From assembly GCA_951406725.2 (NCBI GenBank), contig OX597842.1:19406001-19470000 (forward strand): a stretch of 64,000 nucleotides of DNA. Reading direction: 5' to 3'. This DNA comes from Octopus vulgaris (taxonomy: Eukaryota). Shown here piece after piece: positions 57,118 through 64,000 of the stretch. The position numbers and the translations under genes were made by a program. Below the pieces are notes generated by a model. It saw only the letters and a list, made by a program, of their open reading frames with translations. It made no database searches and was not told the DNA's origin. Each line of letters opens with the position of its first letter. The stretch's first letter is position 1.

Positions 57118-58021
57118 ACAATATTAACAGTTTCAAAACATTCGCATTTTCTGAAGGTGGTAAAGTAGAGTTTGGTCAGTCGCTCGTACAAGTTATTCTC
57201 CTTGATATAATTGTTTCTTCAGTTATCTGCTAGGAGCAAAGTTTTTATTAAAAGGCCTACTGATGGTTGTTTGGGGGACTTAGTAACTACCATCGACCTC
57301 TTGTTTTGACTGGGTCTTTATTTTATTCATCCCAAAGCAATGAAAGGTAAAATTGACATCGTTGGGATTTCGTTTCGGTAATTAAAGCAAACCAATGTAT
57401 GTTTTATACATTCCCCTTTTTTATAAGTTTTTGTCGGTGATATTTCTGGTGTCAGATATTCTTTGATCTCGTCTGAAATTAATGATTTTTCTGGATGAAT
57501 TTCTACTTTTGTATCAAAACTGAAGGGGAAAGGACTATTTCGAAGATAACGAGTGAGATTAAATTGTGAGTAAAGTAATAATTTCTTCTTATTTTATATT
57601 AAATTTCGTTTTCTCTTTGTACAAACCTGTTTTAGTGGGAAATCTTAACAATATTCAAGATTTCTTTACATTTTCCCGATCATAAATGCTATTTGTAAAC
57701 CTGCTGAAATTATGAAAATTAAGTTATTTACAGAAAAATATGTTTTTATGAAATTTGCTACAAATACCATTCAGAATGTGTATATTAGAATTCTATCGGA
57801 ATTTAATATGAAAATATAAATTTGGTGGGCTCGTACATATGAAAGTTAAAATTTTAAAAGAAATTCTGGATTTGTCTCAGTATGTATGTGTATCTTTGTG
57901 TTAGTGTTTCTTCCCCTCCCATTCCCGCTTAACAAACGGTGTTGGTATATTTACATCCCTGGAACTTTCGGCAGCAGACTGATAAAATGAGTTCCTGGCA
58001 TAAAAAAAACAAATACATATA

Positions 58022-58070
<49 letters not shown>

Positions 58071-58878
58071 TGGTGGTCTATGTAAATGGCATCTATACTG
58101 CTCTGCATAAAAAGCTCCCATTTAAGGACCATGTGAGAAGTTCTCGATACAGTCTCTAAACTGGTTGGCATTAAGAAGAGTGTCCAGCTGTAGAAAGCAA
58201 TCGAAATCAGGCAGGAACTGGGTGCAGCACCCCTGTTTGCCAGCACAGGTCAAACCAACCAACCCAGGGAAGAATGGTAAATGGACATTAAATGTAAAAA
58301 GCTGTGCCAAAACTGACCTTGCCTGTGATTTTAAGTGTAAAATGTACTCAATACACTCTGTAGTATGGTTGGTGTTAGGAAGAGCATCCAGCTGTAAAAG
58401 CTGAGCCAAAACAGACACACAAGTCTGGGGCAGTCTTCTGACTGACCACCTCCTACCAAACCATCCAGCAGATACTGGTATTGAAGGCAGACATTAAATT
58501 AAGGGGATCAGGAAACGAGAATCCTGGCAGTTTGCTGTGTTTGAAAAGACACATCAAGCTAAGTAAAAGCATGGTTGCCCTTGCATACAAGCTTGTCCCT
58601 TGCAACCCCCTCCAGCTGAGCATCCCTAATCCTGCAGGCTCATGGGTGCTGATACCACGTAAAAAGCACCCAGTGGTACTGCGTAATATCACCCAGTACA
58701 TTCTGTAAAGGGTTTGTGTTAGAAAGGGCATCCAGCCATAGAAACTATTTTAAGATAGAGATGGGGCCTGATCAGCCCTTCAGCTGCTTAGCTCCTTTCA
58801 AATCATCCAACCCATGCCAGTGTGTAAAATGGAATTTAAATGATGATGAAGTAATAATTTTAAATTTATATATACACC

Positions 58879-59079
58879 TTATAGTATACCATTGCCTTTC
58901 TGAGCGAACAATTTGCCACAGATAACACAGTGATATGGCTTCGTATGAATACGTCGGTGAGTGAGTAGGTTAGTTTTTCGAGAGAATAATTTACCACAGG
59001 TATCACAATCATATGATGTCTTGCCCTCTTCATTCTTTACATCATCAGATAAATCAATTATTTTAGATAGCCTTCCCAC
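58879..59079 (-). pseudogene. Inverted C2H2-ZNF relic
   Basis: IDLSDDVKNEEGKTSYDCDTCGKLFSRKTNLLTHRRIH matches the leader and finger 1 of the 60364 gene. The linker is deleted and the array truncated. Confidence 0.75.
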
Positions 59080-59554
59080 TGTATTTGGCTATCTGATGTC
59101 ATCTACAGTATGGATATAAATGACACTGGATTTATTTGAGGAATTCCTTCTTGTCAGTAGAGTTTAAAAAATGAGAGAAAGAGAAAGAAAATAGAATTTC
59201 CAAGACTAGTATTCACTATGATTGTTTCAACCCATCGTGCATCTGTGCCTCGCAGGTGAGATTCTGTACGAACAGTTGTGGGGCATCCTTTGATGCAGAC
59301 ATGTCCCATCAGGTGACTTATCAAATGGTTCCTCATATTTAAATTTCTGTTTTGCTTATTTCGATAAGAATTCATTTTGGTACTTGGGACATGTCAAGCT
59401 TCTTTCAGTTTCCATCAACCATATCTTTGATTGGCCACTCTGGGACTGAACCCAGGACCGTGTGGTTGGGAAGCCAACTTCTTACCACACAACCATCCCT
59501 GCACTTCTACAGCCATGTCTATATAAAATGTAGTAAAACTTTCACTGCTTTAAT

Positions 59555-62752
<3,198 letters not shown>

Positions 62753-63547
62753 CTCTCTAATTCCTAATTATCTTGTATGTTTTACACTGTTGTTTCTCTT
62801 TCGTTTCAGATTATCAGATGACATCTGCTTCACAGAATTTTTACATAAGCAAAGTCATTAGAATGGAAAGGCTTTTGAAGACTGAGCAAAGATGTTATAC
62901 AAAACACGTATAACCCTGTTTCTATAAATATTTACTGAATTACTGCAAAATATATCTTCTGAACTCTGACATATATGTAGCAAAATTTCTCTTCTTTATT
63001 GTCTGGAATACACAGAAAATTATATTTGCATATTAATTAATCATTTAGCATTTAAACTAGCACAAATATTCTGACCCTGCCGTGTCAGTTTAAACATAAA
63101 CAATCAAATCACTGAAGTCTCAAAGCTATGAGATAATCCATGATTAATTCAAAACAATATGAATAAATAAGCATTACATTTCACAAAGGAATCTCAATGC
63201 TAAACGGTTAAACTGGCCATATTTTTGTGTGTTTTATATTCATACTAGCTAGATCCCACCCCTCACACCCACCCTACAAGGTCATTCTAAAAGTAAACAA
63301 TCACAACATTGAAATCTGAACATGATAACATAATGAATGATTAATTCAGAAGAATTTCAATAAACATTATATTTGACTGATTAATCTGAATGTTAATGAG
63401 TTAAAGCAATTAAGAAGGCAGTTTGCAGCATCTTCAGATATTAACAAAGATCACTTTTGATGAGATATATCAGTAGAAATATTTGTTCAGAGCAATATAC
63501 GAGAAGAAGGAAAACCTTTGTGAACTGTGACAAGAGAAAGGAACATT

Positions 63548-64000
<453 letters not shown>

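Overview
AT-rich, repeat-dense animal DNA. The SINE families, microsatellite load and tandem C2H2 zinc-finger cluster point to a cephalopod, most likely Octopus; this is an inference. Host genes: two spliced coding exons of an ankyrin-repeat gene (minus strand, 2.7-4.6 kb) and a C2H2-ZNF cluster at 53.3-64 kb. The cluster holds one intact 10-finger ORF, two frameshifted paralogues and an inverted relic. The rest is mobile DNA: an intact CR1-group LINE ORF2 inside a very long (TA)n array, an open RTE APE-RT frame, a near full-length mutated CR1-group LINE with a PHD/polyQ ORF1, an RTE with a PHD insert and deleted RT core, a Gypsy gag/PBS relic, Tc1/mariner relics, Helitron-like and piggyBac-like MITEs, tRNA-SINEs and a 5S rRNA pseudogene. 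The main unexplained signal is a set of type I hammerhead ribozyme motifs from at least three unrelated sequence families, plus one degenerate copy. They have palindromic stem III, and most have long stem II. One sits in a ~431-nt head-to-tail and inverted non-coding unit at 6.9-7.7 kb that resembles a Penelope pLTR or retrozyme. Most long ORFs in the track are microsatellite artefacts. All RNA folds were read by eye, not computed.
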